A program made the position numbers and the translations under genes. From a virus, in IMG/VR virus record IMGVR_UViG_3300045988_056971: a stretch of 64,000 bases of DNA. One strand, 5' to 3'. This document shows, piece by piece, positions 24,846-38,041 of the stretch (positions within the stretch are counted from its first letter, which is position 1; every line of letters starts with the position of its first letter). Under the pieces are notes generated by a model. That model was not told the origin of the DNA, did no database searches, and saw nothing but the letters and a program-made list of their open reading frames with translations.

Positions 24846-26663
24846 TTAAGATACTCTATTCAGAGTCCTGAACCCGACAAGGGAAGAGGCATGGCCGACG
24901 TCAAAGCTAGAAAAGAAATAGCCGAGACCCGCAGTGCCGCCAGTAATCGCGCGGCCGCCCACCAGCAGCGTGCGAAGCGCTGTGCTGCTTGCGTTGCAGT
25001 AATGGTAATCGCAAATATAAGTAGTAGCACTTCCTCCAACAGCGGATGGAATTATTTCAGCGGTTTCACCTAAGTCAAATGCCTTAATATAACCATCAGA
25101 TGCTACTTCGTATCCTGCAACGGTTTTCTCTCCAACTACGTCGGTAAATTCCGATACGTTAGTAGTTGTATAGACAGTGCTAATCTCATTAGCAGCTGCC
25201 CTCACTATAACTACTCCGTCCAGGTTAGTCCAAATGTCTCCAAACGGATTATCGAACCCTCTCCAGCGAGGTACCTTAAATGTATGAGTTGCTACTGTAC
25301 TTGTGCCATCTTGAGCTGTACATTCTGGAATAACTAAATCTTTTACTCCAGTGAAGTTACCAAATTCATTGCAGTAACCACAAGGCGTAAGTGGATATGT
25401 TGCATTATATCCTGACCAACTTGTAGCTGCGTTAGCCCAATCTGTAACTCCAGGTCCTAAACCTCCTTGATGATATCCATCCGCAGTTAACTCTGCATTA
25501 TATGCAGCCTAAGAATTAAAATTAGCATATTCAATGACATAATTCCAGTAGAATATCCATTTGTAATATTCATAGCATAGCAATTCTGAACCAGCATTTG
25601 TTGCATATGTTCTCATAGTAGCTCTAGAAATATTAGTTCTAGGCTTTCCTAAATCACTTCTGAATATATCCTTAGTTTCTAATTCTGTAGTTAGATAATC
25701 ATCGTAGTTAGCTCTATTTCCTCCACCTCTAAATGCAGTAGTAGTATTAACTACTGATACAGCTTTTGGAGTTGCGGAGACTGTGGTATCAACTGTACTT
25801 CTGTATGCATCTATTAATAGTTCAGGAATTTCTACCCATGAATCATCAATTTTGACAGTAGAAGTTCTAACCCATCTTTTGTTTCCATCGCTGCCAGATT
25901 TTCCATAAAATTTAGGAGTATTAACTCTTACTGTTCCATCAGTTCCATCTAAGACAGATGGAGTTTCTCCGTCTTCTTTATAAGACCAGTCATCTGGAAA
26001 CAGATAGTAATTTACTACATCATTGTTTGCTACACAACCTCTATACGCTGATTGAATAGGAAGAGATTTATGCAGCAAAGGATTACCTATTCTAGTAAGT
26101 TCCGGAGATGCTACTGTAACATCCCATTCTACTCCATAGGAATATAAATCCATATTACTATTTAGCTCAGTAATCTACTTATCAAGCTTTTGTTGTGCCT
26201 TCTACAATTCTTCCCAAGCCTCATTTAGCGCTGTAAATTGCTCTTCTAGCTTAGAACTTGAATCTGCCCATTCAGCAGTACCATCTGCTGAGAAAACTAG
26301 CATCTATCCAGATGCTCCTCCAGATGGAATATGTTTATTTCCAGAAGTAGTTGGATGTACATAATTATTAGCATTATTAGCTATAGTACTTAACTTTTCC
26401 TTCTCAGTTTCAGTATAATTGGCTTCAGAAAGTCCCTTTCCTAACTCCTTATCTACTTTGCCTTCAAGCTCACCCTTAGTAGCTAATTCACTAATATCCT
26501 AATGCTCAGTTAAATATCCACTATCATTCTGTAACTAAGAAGTTTTAGTTGGAATTGCATTAGCCTTGGCATATGTCGTATCTATAACATTTCCAGCACC
26601 ATCGTAAGTAGCTTTTAAATCGTATGTGGTTTCCCCAACCTTTATAGATTTGATTGCTGCCAT
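24846..26663 (-). CDS. DGR target: tail fibre protein (~605 aa) with a C-terminal C-type-lectin-like variable region; several in-frame TAG
   Basis: ORFs 25509-26153 and 24846-25205 share frame 2. Manual extension reaches ATG 26663. The C-terminus …LLVGGRAITGGTAGLGYFFSSFDVGHASSLVGFRTLNRVS ends in the GFR motif typical of DGR variable regions. The N-terminus has fibre repeats. Confidence 0.7.
24888..24975 (-). repeat. DGR variable repeat 1 (VR1), GC-enriched relative to TR
   Basis: It aligns base-for-base with the TR. More than 30 differences all fall at TR adenines (A to G/C/T). Confidence 0.85.
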
Positions 26664-26664
26664 A

Positions 26665-26877
26665 TCATTGTATTATTAAAGTTTCATCAACTACATCGTG
26701 ATCTATTCCCTCTATGGAAGCAGTTAGGTCCTCAACAGCCTTCTACAATTCTGCTTTAGTAGCATAGTTCTTGAGAACTTCCTAGTCTACTCCAGAGCCT
26801 CCTCCTATACTTCCTCCAACAACTTTTACTGGTTTGGCAGAACTCTTAAACTGTCCTTCAATATAAATTGTTCCCAT
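26665..26877 (-). CDS. small hypothetical protein (70 aa), 2 in-frame TAG
   Basis: Manual translation MGTIYIEGQFKSSAKPVKVVGG… with TGA just upstream of the target-gene ATG. Confidence 0.35.
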
Positions 26878-26879
26878 AT

Positions 26880-28721
26880 TGTTTAAAATATTAATTGTTC
26901 ATTTTCTCCATCTACCTCTACACTAGAACCTGGCTATAAAGCGTCTATCTTTTTCTACAATTCGGCTACGGCCTAGCTAATTAGTTCTTCTACCTCAGCT
27001 TTGGTGTAGTATCTCTCTATAAGATATTCGCTCCTAACATATCCAGTATCTTGTAAATCTTTTTCTCCATAGGTGCAATAATAAGTATCTTCTTCAGTCT
27101 TACTATTCTCAACTAGGTCATCATAATCAGCTTGTGGTAAGCATACAAGTTTTGGTACTTCTTCAGTAATAGCAACTTGCTTGCCTCCAGCAAATAGCCT
27201 GTTATCTTCTGTGGTAAGTTTAACAGAACTCTCAATAACTTGCTCAGTTCCTGTTTCCTCAGAAGGTTCTCCAGTTGTTCCCTATTGTACTTCTTTTTCT
27301 CCAATTTTCTAAATAGTAATATCAGAAGTTTCTACTGATGTAGATTTCAAAAGCTCAGTGCTAAATTCTTTAGCAGCAGCAGCCTAATCATCCTGATATT
27401 TTTTCTAGGTAACAAATATGAAATCATCATCTCCGGTTTCAGGAGAGTCTCCCCTTAAACTTTCTTTTGTTACGTAATCTTCGGCTATCTAATCTGATAA
27501 ATCAGATAATGACTATTGAGTAGCATAAGTAGACTGAGCATTTTCCTTAGTAAGAAATTTGTCATCAACCTGCTAAATAGTATAATAAGCCTTAATATCT
27601 TCTGTAGTAACGTAGTTTCCAAGTTTTTGCAAACCTTGAACTATTTCATCAATCTACTTCTTGGAGTAATAATTTGTAGCAACCCAGGACTGATATTGAT
27701 TGGTAGTATGATAATTCTAATCCAAATATTCCTTAGTAATATAAACCTTTGCATCATTTGTGACGTCATATACATAGTAATATGTATCAGGCTCTACCGT
27801 CCCTTCCTCTACTAACTTTAGATACTCTTCTTCAGTTAATGTTACTAAGTTCGGAATATCCGATTCAGTAGCAATCTAATCTTCACCTATAAATAATCCT
27901 TCAGACCTAACGTCTACTACTAGCTAGCTCTCTCCCTCTACTACAGGAGATTTTATCTATCCAACAGTGATGCTTTCTAAGGAACCATCTCCATCTACCT
28001 TAAGAGTTTTATCTAACTCGTCTTGGATGGCCTACTAATCTTCCTCATATTCTTTCTTTGTAACGAAGACAAAATCATCTCCTTCCATTCCCTCTCCTCT
28101 AAGACTTTCTTTAGTAACGAAAATATCGTCTGTTTCTTCCTTAGTATAATACTTAGTCAGGGATAGAGCTAAAGAATCATTAGAGACATAATTAGTAGTT
28201 AATTCTTCCAGTGTAGCATAATCTGATAGGCTGGCAATAGTGTTATCTAAGTCTGTTCTAATCTATACTACAGTAGTATTAAGGGCCTTCTGTTTTAATT
28301 GCTCTTCTATCTTTTTTCCCCATTCCGCGGATAGGTAAAACTAGTCATCGTCTAAGCTATCCTCATATATATAATAATATGTCTCAGCATGAAGATACGT
28401 TTTACTTTCATCTATGGGCCTAAAATCGTCTGTAGTATTCTCAGACCATTCTTTATATTCAGCCTCTGTACAGGTGATTATCTAGATAGATTCATAGGAT
28501 GCTTTCCATCCTTCCTTGTATTTAATCTTAGACTTATCAATTAGCATATAAATATTTCCGTTATCTATGTTAGCAACGGTCATACCTTGATAAGCATACT
28601 TCTCTGGAATAGAATAAAGTTCGTCTAAGTTATTAACGACTGTTCTATTATCGAGAGGCTTCGGAGTTTCTACGGTTAAAGCGACACCTAAGGTAGCATC
28701 ACCTGTATATTTAAATGCCAT
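26880..28721 (-). CDS. long repeat-containing structural protein (~610 aa), TAG-dense; lower boundary approximate
   Basis: Starts at ATG 28721 (ORF 28482-28721 ends in TAG). There are internal near-repeats at about 27440 and 28100 (…FVTKESLRG…). Confidence 0.35.
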
Positions 28722-30295
28722 TATTGTGATAGAATAAAGTTAATTTGATGTGGCAATGCTGAGGAGTAAGTATCTTTCTTAGTCCATACCTTGTAAGTAA
28801 ATCCATTTATCTACTCGGTAGACGTTTCCCAACCACTTAGGTCTACATTTAAATATCCAAGTCCCCCATCTACGGTAAATGAATTTAACTATGTGTTACT
28901 TCCTGGCAATTTTATAATAGCCTTACCACTTAGTGAAAATGTGATAGTTCCAGACGATTGTCCAAAAGGAACTAGCGCCTATTTAATCACACCATCAGTA
29001 TTACCAGAATACCAAGGATATGTGGCTACTACCTAAGCGGTAGCGGAAATAGAACCAGCTTCTACTCTCTTATCTGTAACTTCTCCTTTATTATTTATCA
29101 AATATTCTCCAGCGGCATAACTCACTGTACCAGAGTGAGTATAAGTACCAATAGAATTATATGTATCAGACTCTACAGGAGAACTGTTATAAGTAATAGT
29201 TTCTTGTCTGTCAGTTTCTTCTCCAGCATCATTCTTTATAAATATAAGTGTAGGAGTTAATAAAGCAGTTCCTACTTCTACTATTTGAGAAGTAAAACTA
29301 TAATAAAGCTATGGGTATACTAAATCTCTAACTACTGTTGGAAATAGTAAAGTATCAATAATCTCATTAAAGGGCTTGCCCTTAAGTTTCTCTACTGTAG
29401 TCCCTTCAATTACTGTTGAAGTAGTATCATCTGGGAGTTCTGTCTAATAAGTAGCTATAGTTTCTAAGTTAGTTTGTATATTAGTAATACTTTCGGTATT
29501 AGCTTCTACTTTAGTATTTGTCTCTTGTTGTGCTTCCTAAGTTTTCTATACTTCTTTCTTTGTTTCTTCTAGAGCAGGTTCAAGATTCTTAACATAGATA
29601 CCTGGAAGGATAATAGAAGAGGTTTCCTCTCCAATCTCCTATTCTATTAAATGAATAGCATTATCTTCCTAAGTAGATAAAATCACCTCTAAAGAATTAT
29701 CTTCCTTTAGTTCTATGGTTTTGGAATTTTGGAGACTATTCTTAATCCAGTTAAGAATGTTTTTATCAACATCTATATTCTCAATAGCATTATTCAACTC
29801 AACTATAGCTTCATTGATTTTTACTATTTCTTCAGATAGATTATTAATCCCTTTTCTATTAGTATCAATCTCTCGTTGTAAATCCTCCTTCAATACAGAT
29901 ATAGAAGTTCTAATATTGCTTATATCGACTTTCAGTTCTTCTATTGCTTCTGTATTAGATTCATATTCACTAATAAAGTATAGGGCATAGTCTAGGGCAT
30001 CCTTCACAGTATTAATACCTTCTGCAACGTCACTAGTATAGGTCCATTTTTGTTCTATATACTATACTAGGTCTTTTTGCAGTTCTATGGTTCCACTAAT
30101 GTTTCCCCACAATAGACTCTACTCATCAGCAATACCTAAGTTCTTTCTTACTTTAGCTTTTTCTAGTTCTGTCCTATATTCTCCTAAATAGTTATTTCTT
30201 AAGAGGGGTATAGGCTCACATTTTATAGGCTTACCCTTTTTACCACAAGGCACTATATCTGCGTTACTTACCGAAGTGTAAATAGACTGTATCAT
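28721..30295 (-). CDS. tail-associated coiled-coil protein (524 aa), about 12 in-frame TAG
   Basis: Frame-1 read-through verified codon by codon from ATG 30295-30293 to TAA 28723-28721. It includes the ORF fragment 29669-30007. Confidence 0.5.
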
Positions 30296-30450
30296 TCTAG
30301 TTTAATAATTGCTATTTAATAAATTCGTGATTATCTAGTCTTACAGGTAGGTTAATAAAACAAATTAGATTAAGAATATCTTGATAATCTGGTTTATATC
30401 CCTTTTTGAGTTTTCTTAGAAAATCCTCATACCTTTTAATAGCCTTTCTC

Positions 30451-31182
30451 TTAAGAGCATCCACAACCTATACGTTTATGTCCATGGTGGTGATTATCAC
30501 AGAATCCTCCACAGGTACGGAACATCGCTAGTAATCTCTCAGCCTCCATGAATTGTTTAAAGCATATTAAATAATCTATAATGTTAAGAGTCATCCATAT
30601 GAAATCTCGAGCAAATATATCTGCTTCCTAATCTCTAGTTAGACACTTATTTAGTAAAGCATCAAAGAGTTTCTTACAATAATTAATGTAACACTACTAC
30701 AAGTTTCCTGTAAAGAAAACATCTACCTTACATTTTTTTATAGTAGTTCCTTCTATGTTTCGTTCAAGAACTTCTTTAACTGTACACTCTTCTAGCTTAC
30801 CTTCTACTTCTTTATATAATTTTTCTCCATCAGTAACATAGATAGTCTCATAGTATTCCTTGTACTCGTCCGATGAATTTTCATACCATTTCATATTAGG
30901 AATAATGATATGGTCTACTACGTAATAACCATCATCCTTGACCTTAAACATACACGAGTCTAAGTCTTCTGTATGGTCATTAAGTAGGACATCTATCAGA
31001 GTAGCATCGCTTATACTAACTTTGATGATAGTATTCAAGGTAGCACTCTCACTATACTTATAGGAGTCGTAAGAAGTTACTACCTCTACATCTTCATCAA
31101 TATACTAGCCATATTCTTTTGAGAAATCTTCTATCAGTATTTCCCCATTAATTTGGGTATGTATATCAATACTAAATTCCAT
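30451..31182 (-). CDS. hypothetical protein (243 aa) with Cys/His-rich C-terminus (RTCGGFCDNHHHGHKRIGCGCS), 4 in-frame TAG
   Basis: ORF 30697-31038 extended in frame 0 from ATG 31182 to TAA 30453-30451. Confidence 0.4.
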
Positions 31183-31249
31183 ATTGTAATAATTAAGACT
31201 CAATAGGCCACTAACCATATTGAGCAGGGGTAGAAAAAGGTTTCCATTT

Positions 31250-34030
31250 ACCTGCTTGTCTTATTCGTCTAGACATGAAGACGGAAGTAAATGATAAACT
31301 AATATCTTGAGGATAATCTGTCCAGATATAAGAATATCCATCTGGGGTAGGAGGTAGTTTATCTAGTCCAGAAGAAGGCTGACCATTCCAATAGTAGTTA
31401 TAGTCATATGCCTTTAGAGAAGTAACTTCTGTAGTTTCTTTCCCTTCAGCATCTATATACAGCGGATTTCCGTCCTCATCTGTTTTCTATTTATATTCTA
31501 TAACTGGTGTTATTCCCTCGGTTCTAGTATATATAGTCTATATAATAGTAGAGACATCACTCGCTACTATTTCATAGATAGTAGTTCCCTATGATTCATC
31601 AGCTCCCTAAAAAGTAAATTTAGTTCTTTTCCATATATACGGATTCTCTTCTGTTGGAAGCTCAAAAGTATCAGACCACTACTTACTTGATAATTTTATT
31701 TCAGATTCATCGGCAGTATTAGCAGGGAGATAATGTATTTTAATAATAATACTATTAACTGCTTCACTTGAACCGGATAAATCTGATACCTACTTAAATA
31801 ATTTTTTTAGGTCGTCTTCTACATTTGATTTAGAACCGGAAGCATTACTTATAATTACTGTCCCATCAGAGATAGGATAAATCTACTGCTAATCTTTGTT
31901 GTATACAATTGTTCCAGTTGCCATATTAATGTATTTGTCTTATTTTGTCATTATATGGATTTCCATCATGAAGCTAAGCCAACTCTATTTCAGTTCTTTT
32001 TTCTTCAATATCCATTTGTCTATCTTTATAAGTAGAATCAGACTGAGCTTTAAGCCAGTTAACTTTATATTCTAACTGCATCTTCTACTATTCTAATCCT
32101 AGTCTCTATTCATCTAAGCTTTCAATCTTTTGCTGAGCTTTCTATAATTCTTGCTATAACTACTGAGCCTATTGAGAAGTTTCTTCTAATTTTTCTTGTA
32201 GTTGCTGAAGCTGATTATTTTCCTCTTTGCGAACTTGAACAGCTTTCTTAACCTTATATTTAAGGTCTGTTAGACTCTTAGATGTAAGAGCCTCAAAAAT
32301 AATATCTGGGTCCATCTGTTGACTTTTTACGAACTCTGGAATGATTGCTTTTATAGTCTATAGATCTTCCATCACTTCTGAACTAGCAGTAATATGAATA
32401 TCGTAGTCAGTAACAGTAAAATACTCAGGAAGTGCGGTGAATATCTGTTGATATTTATCCCCAAGTATAATAGTTCCAGTTAATCCTTTCTTATAAGTAA
32501 CTTTAGCCTAATTAAGACTATCTAGTAGTATCTCGCAGGTTATTAAATCCATCTGCTAAAAATAGTGCTTAGTTACTATATACGAGTTAGCTACTCCCTA
32601 CTTAATATTAGTAACTGCATCTCTAGTTTCTATACCGTTAAGTCGTTCCCTAAATACTCCAGTTATTGATGATGTAGTTTGTTCTACTGATTGAATAGCT
32701 AATTCAATAGCCTATACAGCCTATGCTTTTAAGGTATCATCAAATCCGTTATATATCTAGTTTGGAGCTTGCTGTCCATCATTCCTACCTTCTTGGCTTG
32801 AGTCTATCCACATGATACCACCTTTTTTATAGGCTAACCATTTTTGTACTCGTTCTGGCCATTTAACTCCTAAGTTGGTAGGCAACAGAGACATATCCAT
32901 AATAACTCCGGCAGTACCACTATTAGCTATTAGATTATCTCTATAATAGTTTAATAAGTCGTATCTATCCTACAGATGTGCACATTTTAATATAAGAGAA
33001 TAAGGCTACTAAGAGCGATTTAAGAAATATACTCCATTTACCGATAAAGAACAGAAGTTGGGATTATCTTTAGACCTCATAACAGTCTTGTCTAATCCTC
33101 TAAGAATATATATCTCTTCTCCTATTCTGATAGTATTGTATCTCTACATCACAAAATCATCATCTGTTTCAATCCATTCAACATCATAGACTGGGATTAA
33201 CTAGAACCTATGAGCACTATATTCATTGTCTGGATAGCCGGGAATGGTTTCATGATTCTAATCTTCATTTACTACTGTACAAGTATCTCCATATACTCTT
33301 CTATAAACAGCAGCTGAATCATCAGCTCGCCATTCATCTTTTAGTCTTCTTAAATCTTCTCTAGATATTTCTTTGCCATATTTAGCTAAAATCTAACTCT
33401 TACTCATCCACTTTCTTACTACAACTCTATATGAGTTCCTTACATATGGAGATTCTGGATTTCTATCAACAAATGTATTAAGTGGGTTTAATACCTCTAT
33501 TTCAATATTAGTTCCAGAAGCCGATGATTTCACTCTAAAGAATGTATAACCAGTAATTAATAAGTCTGTTAGTAACTAACGTAACTTAGTAATTAAATCG
33601 GTTTCTCTGGATTGCATAATATAATGTACTATATTCTAAGCTGCAATTTCATATTGAGAAATAAAGGATTGGTCAATATCCTATATAATTTTATCTAACT
33701 AAGTCTTTACAGCTTTATCAGTAATATCCTTGCCATCAATAAACTTAAGAATTGAATTACTTAAATGGTCTTTCAAAAACTTTACTATTCCCTTGGTTAT
33801 TTCTAGCTATTTTTCTCTTGTTATATTACTGATAGTATCTGAATCTTTGCAAGAAATTTTCGGAAGTATAGGAGTTCCTAAATATTCTCCAACTAGAGCA
33901 TCTACGTGTTTCTTTAATAAAGGCGTAAACTCTACCGAAGTGGGGCTACCTATTCCGAAATTTTCTTCCAGATAACGGAACTATTCAGGATCTCTTTTAC
34001 CATTATAATAATTATAAGCTTTCTGTAACT
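31250..34030 (-). CDS. unresolved TAG-dense late genes (position relative to the terminase suggests portal/capsid candidates)
   Basis: The track shows no minus-strand ORF of 60 aa or more, despite continuous coding-like composition and frequent cta triplets. Confidence 0.25.
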
Positions 34031-34038
34031 CATACTTA

Positions 34039-34500
34039 TCATATACAAGTTCCGCAATAGCCTCGTTTGTCTTGTCTATCAATTCCTTCTCTTTCATAAC
34101 ATAAATTATGTTGTTCTGGAGGAAGTTTAGTAGCGTTATAATACTTAACTCTTTGTAACTTCCTACTTCTTAATTCTTCCTTAATAAATGGCAGAAATTC
34201 TTCGTCTGGTAAATCTGCTATTATTACTAATGGCATTTCTGACCTATCAAAGTTAAAAGAGACTTTATACCCAACTGGGTCTAAACTCTCAATATCTAGT
34301 CCGCCTATATACTCCATTTTGTACAAGTCCCTCATATATTCTAGGATCACTTGTTTCAACTCTGTATGGGTCATCATATTCGTTTCTTTGCATATTAAGT
34401 TCAGGAGTTTTCTTAGTTGGAATAACTCCAAATCTTTTAATTCCTCTCTCGTCGTAATAGTAACCAAAATCTTGGAACTATTCAACTTCTTTCTCCACAA
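34039..34500 (-). CDS. hypothetical protein (about 153 aa; start uncertain, possibly TTG)
   Basis: ORF with a TGA stop. The listed start corresponds to TTG, and an in-frame stop lies 14 codons upstream. Confidence 0.4.
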   Translation of the reverse strand: MWRKKLNSSKILVTITTREELKDLELFQLRKLLNLICKETNMMTHTELKQVILEYMRDLYKMEYIGGLDIESLDPVGYKVSFNFDRSEMPLVIIADLPDEEFLPFIKEELRSRKLQRVKYYNATKLPPEQHNLCYEREGIDRQDKRGYCGTCI

Positions 34501-34666
34501 GTACGGGCTGTCTTCCTGATAGCTCTTGGTCTGCTAACTCAGTCATACCTACAGCGGCTACAATATCATACTTACCCTTATTTTCATCATTATATGCAGT
34601 GAACTATTCTAGCATTTCTTCGAACCATATAGTATGGCAATAGTCTTCTATAAAGGCGGCTGTTAA

Positions 34667-36652
34667 ATCAGTATGCTATTCGATTATAGTTTTTGTAGCA
34701 GGAGTTCCATACTATTTAGTAGTTCCATTTCTAACGTCAGTTAGAGTAGCTCTTGGGCGCTTCATAAAATAGTTAAGGCATCCTTTTTCTCTAGCCCAAG
34801 TAACCATACCCATACGAGTAGCTTCTATATTTATTTTACAATTATAATAGCGAGCTAAACACATAGCTATTTTATAGGCTTCTCTGATGTCTCCAGGTCT
34901 ATCCTTGTACATAGCAACATACTGAGGGTCATTCATACCAAACGCACGTTTCTTAATCGTTATGCAGAAATCAGACGGGTCTCTGGTTTCCTTAGAAGTC
35001 TAATTCGCTCCAATATCAATACCGTCTATACCTGCTACGTATAAGTCTCGCATCTCTTTATAAACTGGAACTTCAAAATCCTAGCCGTTATCTTCTGCCT
35101 CCTATCTAAGCTTTTCCATTTGTTCTTTATATAAGTCAGACCATATTGGATGCTCTAGAATTTTTACTTTACCATTGCTATTAGGAATCCATTTAAAACC
35201 ATCAATGTTATCCTAAGTATGTTTATTATTTTTGTAAAAATAATCAATATAACCACATTCGGGTCTTGGACCAATTTGTTTAAGTCTTATATTAGCTATC
35301 TATTCGGCAACTAAAATTTTATTAAACTTATTAACACCTTCTAGATTAAATGCTTCTTCTGCATTCCAACAACGTTCAGCACATTTCTTTAGGTAGTCTT
35401 CTGGTACAGCTAACAGATTATCTCGCTCCTCCTATAAGAATTTCTTATATTCTACAGTATTACACACTCCTCTGTGGTCCATAAATTCTGGATTCAAAGA
35501 TTGTATAAAGTATGGAATAAAGAATCCACTCTCTATAGTAGTCCCATCCTAAGTCCAATTATGTCTAAATGGAAGAATCTTATATGCTCTTGGATTATAG
35601 TAAATCTTTTTTAAGCCCTCTAGAGGAGCACCCATATCACCGCCAGTACCTCCAAACAACATTGTTCCACGAGGCATACCTTGAACTTCACAAAGTTCTT
35701 GACCTTGTACCACAGCGGTATCAAGTCCAGGCCAGGAACCAGCTTCATCATATATTAATAAATCTACACGGTCTCCACGAATGTTAGATGGTTTAGCTCC
35801 GTTAATTGCCACAACCTCAGATTTAAATCCTACGTCTTCAAACTAACCATTTATTTTGATTTGTTTACCTGATTTCTTTCTCAAATCCTGGTCAATAAGT
35901 CGCAATTTAAAAAATCCTCCTCCAGTACAGGTATTTAAGAATGTAAGAGCATTGTCAAACTTACTAAAGGTACCCTTAAGGAAGGTATCATTAAAGCAAG
36001 TAATCATAACCCTACTTCTTCTAATAACAGAGTACATACGAGCAGAAAGAGAGGCGTTTATTTCAGAGAATCCAATAGAACGAGCTTTCATTAAAGCTGC
36101 GTGCTTGTGTAGCACTCTAGCCATCTATAGATAATGAAAGAACATATAATGTGATGCAAAGAATATTGGGAAGTCATTATCAGTACCCTCACCAGAGGCT
36201 TTCTACTAGTCAATAGTAGGTAACTAATAGAAATTTAAGAAGAAGTAATTATCTCCAGTAATGGTGTACCCATTAACTGTCATTCCATACTTACATCTTC
36301 TATATTGCTCTTTCCAAAATTCGTTGTACCGCTTACTATCTCTAAGGTAGGGACAGTATTGACCAGTTCTTTTATATACTTCCCTAGTCTCGGTAAACCA
36401 ATCTGGATTAAAGTCCAATCCATGAGTTTCGTCAATAGGTCTGTATCCAGTTATTTCATAAGATAAGGTAGGGTCAAATACTTCTATTTTATCTCCTATT
36501 TTAACATCCCAATAGTCAGAATTTCTGACCCTTTCCTCTCTTATTTTCCATACTAATTCTCTAGCTTCTTTAGCATCCTCTTTCTATTCTTTTTCTCTTA
36601 CCTAATCTACAATATTCTATATTTCTTCAGGTAATATCTTTTTTCTTGGCAT
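34667..36652 (-). CDS. terL: terminase large subunit (661 aa), about 10 in-frame TAG
   Basis: Five ORF fragments share frame 1. Read-through runs from ATG 36652 (AGGAGA RBS) to TGA 34667. It has a Walker A-like motif (LMKARSIGFS), a Walker B motif (DLLIYDEAGSW) and a C-terminal nuclease-like region. Confidence 0.6.
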
Positions 36653-36664
36653 AATTAAAAGTCT

Positions 36665-37218
36665 CCTGGGTCAAAACCATCCACAGCCCCAGCTCTAACA
36701 GTAGATTGTTCAGTAAGTTCTTTCTTAACCTAGTCTTCTAGTGTTATGAGTTCTTCATGAACTTTGTGAAGGGTAGCCATTTCCTTCATTACTTTTTCAG
36801 CCTGGAATACTGGTTTGCCGTTATTATCACGCTCATTTAAATCTACAATAGTTTCGAAATAATCAATAAACTAGTCTGCAGCTCTTTTAGCTGCTTCTAG
36901 TAATTTTATTGACTTGTTTGAATCTTGTAACGCTCTGTATTTCCTACAAGCTTCTCTAAATATAGGGTCATTAAATTCCGACTCTGTCAATCCAGAATCG
37001 CTAATAGCTTCGTCATGTCGTTCATGTTCCGAATACTAACTGTATGGACTTTTCCAGTCTATAGCTAAATAAATGTAAGATAGTTCTCTAGTAGCTCTAT
37101 CCTTTTCTGCAGATTTATCCCTCTAGATTAAAGCCTTAAATTCCTTAACTAGCAATATCTCTGGTTCATTTATTTCTAGCTATTTAGTTAAAGTGTTATA
37201 GTTAAATACATTCATAAT
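36665..37218 (-). CDS. hypothetical protein upstream of terL (possible small terminase subunit), about 184 aa, 3 TAG
   Basis: Manual translation MNVFNYNTLTK(Q)LEINEPEILLVKEFKAL…; the call rests on position only. Confidence 0.3.
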
Positions 37219-37261
37219 CATTAATCATTATCATACACATTAGATAATCTTATTATTTCTT

Positions 37262-37831
37262 TTTCATTTTGGAACCGCACTTATTGACTTTCATTTTTGA
37301 GCCACAAGCGTCTTTCTTAGCATATTGTTTTCTGTCAGGAACCCATTTTCCTCCCTGGAAATTACCCTTATGTCCTTTATTGGCCATGATTTCCTAATCA
37401 TTGTATTTATTGATTGATATAGAATCTCTTGAGGCTTCGTCTCTAGCAGATTTCATATCTTTCTTATACTAAGCTCTTCCAGCCTTAAATTTATCAACTT
37501 CATTAGCTTTCTTAGTAACTTTAGTTCCTTTTTGTGCTTTCTGGCAAGCTTTACAGATTCTACCGCCTTGCTTAAAATATACAAGCTCTTCTCCTTCTGG
37601 ACATACTCCTTTTAGCTTCTTATAATACTCAAGCTTAGCTCCAAGCCTAGCCATTACTCCTCCTTGCATTTTCTGCATAAATTCCTGATACTTAGCTTTA
37701 ATGCCGTCTTCTCCTAATTGTTCAGCATAAGCTTGTAAATCCTATTCAGATTGTACTTGTATTCCCTACGCAGCGGCATCTTGTATTAGATATGCCATAA
37801 ATGCTTTTTGTAATTCTTCCTAGTTAGCCAT
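37262..37831 (-). CDS. Lys-rich small basic protein (about 189 aa), 3 in-frame TAG
   Basis: ORF 37469-37678 ends in TAG and continues in frame into …MANKGHKGNFQGGKWVPDRKQYAKKDACGSKMKVNKCGSKMKKK. Confidence 0.4.
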
Positions 37832-38041
37832 TACTCTTCTACTTTAATTAAATCCTTAGTATTAAACACTGCTTCCTACATAAGTCCGGAATCAGTAAAC
37901 CATCTACATCTTAATCCTCGTAATCCTTGGTTATCTTTAAATAAAGCTGCTTCTCTTCTTAGAACAAGCATAACTGGAGAATGCATTACTTTACACTACC
38001 GTAAAGTAACACAATCCCCAGGCTTAAAATAAACTTTTTCA

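Noticed and set aside
24850-25000. GC-rich patch suggesting horizontally acquired DNA or an integrated element
   Set aside because: It is explained by the DGR variable repeat, in which template adenines have been replaced mostly by G/C.
857-36134. Plus-strand ORFs within the left arm (for example 857-1093, 2023-2253, 4059-4259, 6065-6250, 7777-7998, 12715-12930, 19877-20059, 21182-21367, 22508-22702, 24837-25073, 27516-27815, 29715-29990, 33730-33975, 35569-35787, 35856-36134)
   Set aside because: They lie antisense to continuous minus-strand coding sequence. They have low-complexity Ser/Ile/Leu/Phe-rich composition typical of the opposite strand of AT-rich genes, and they have no start context.
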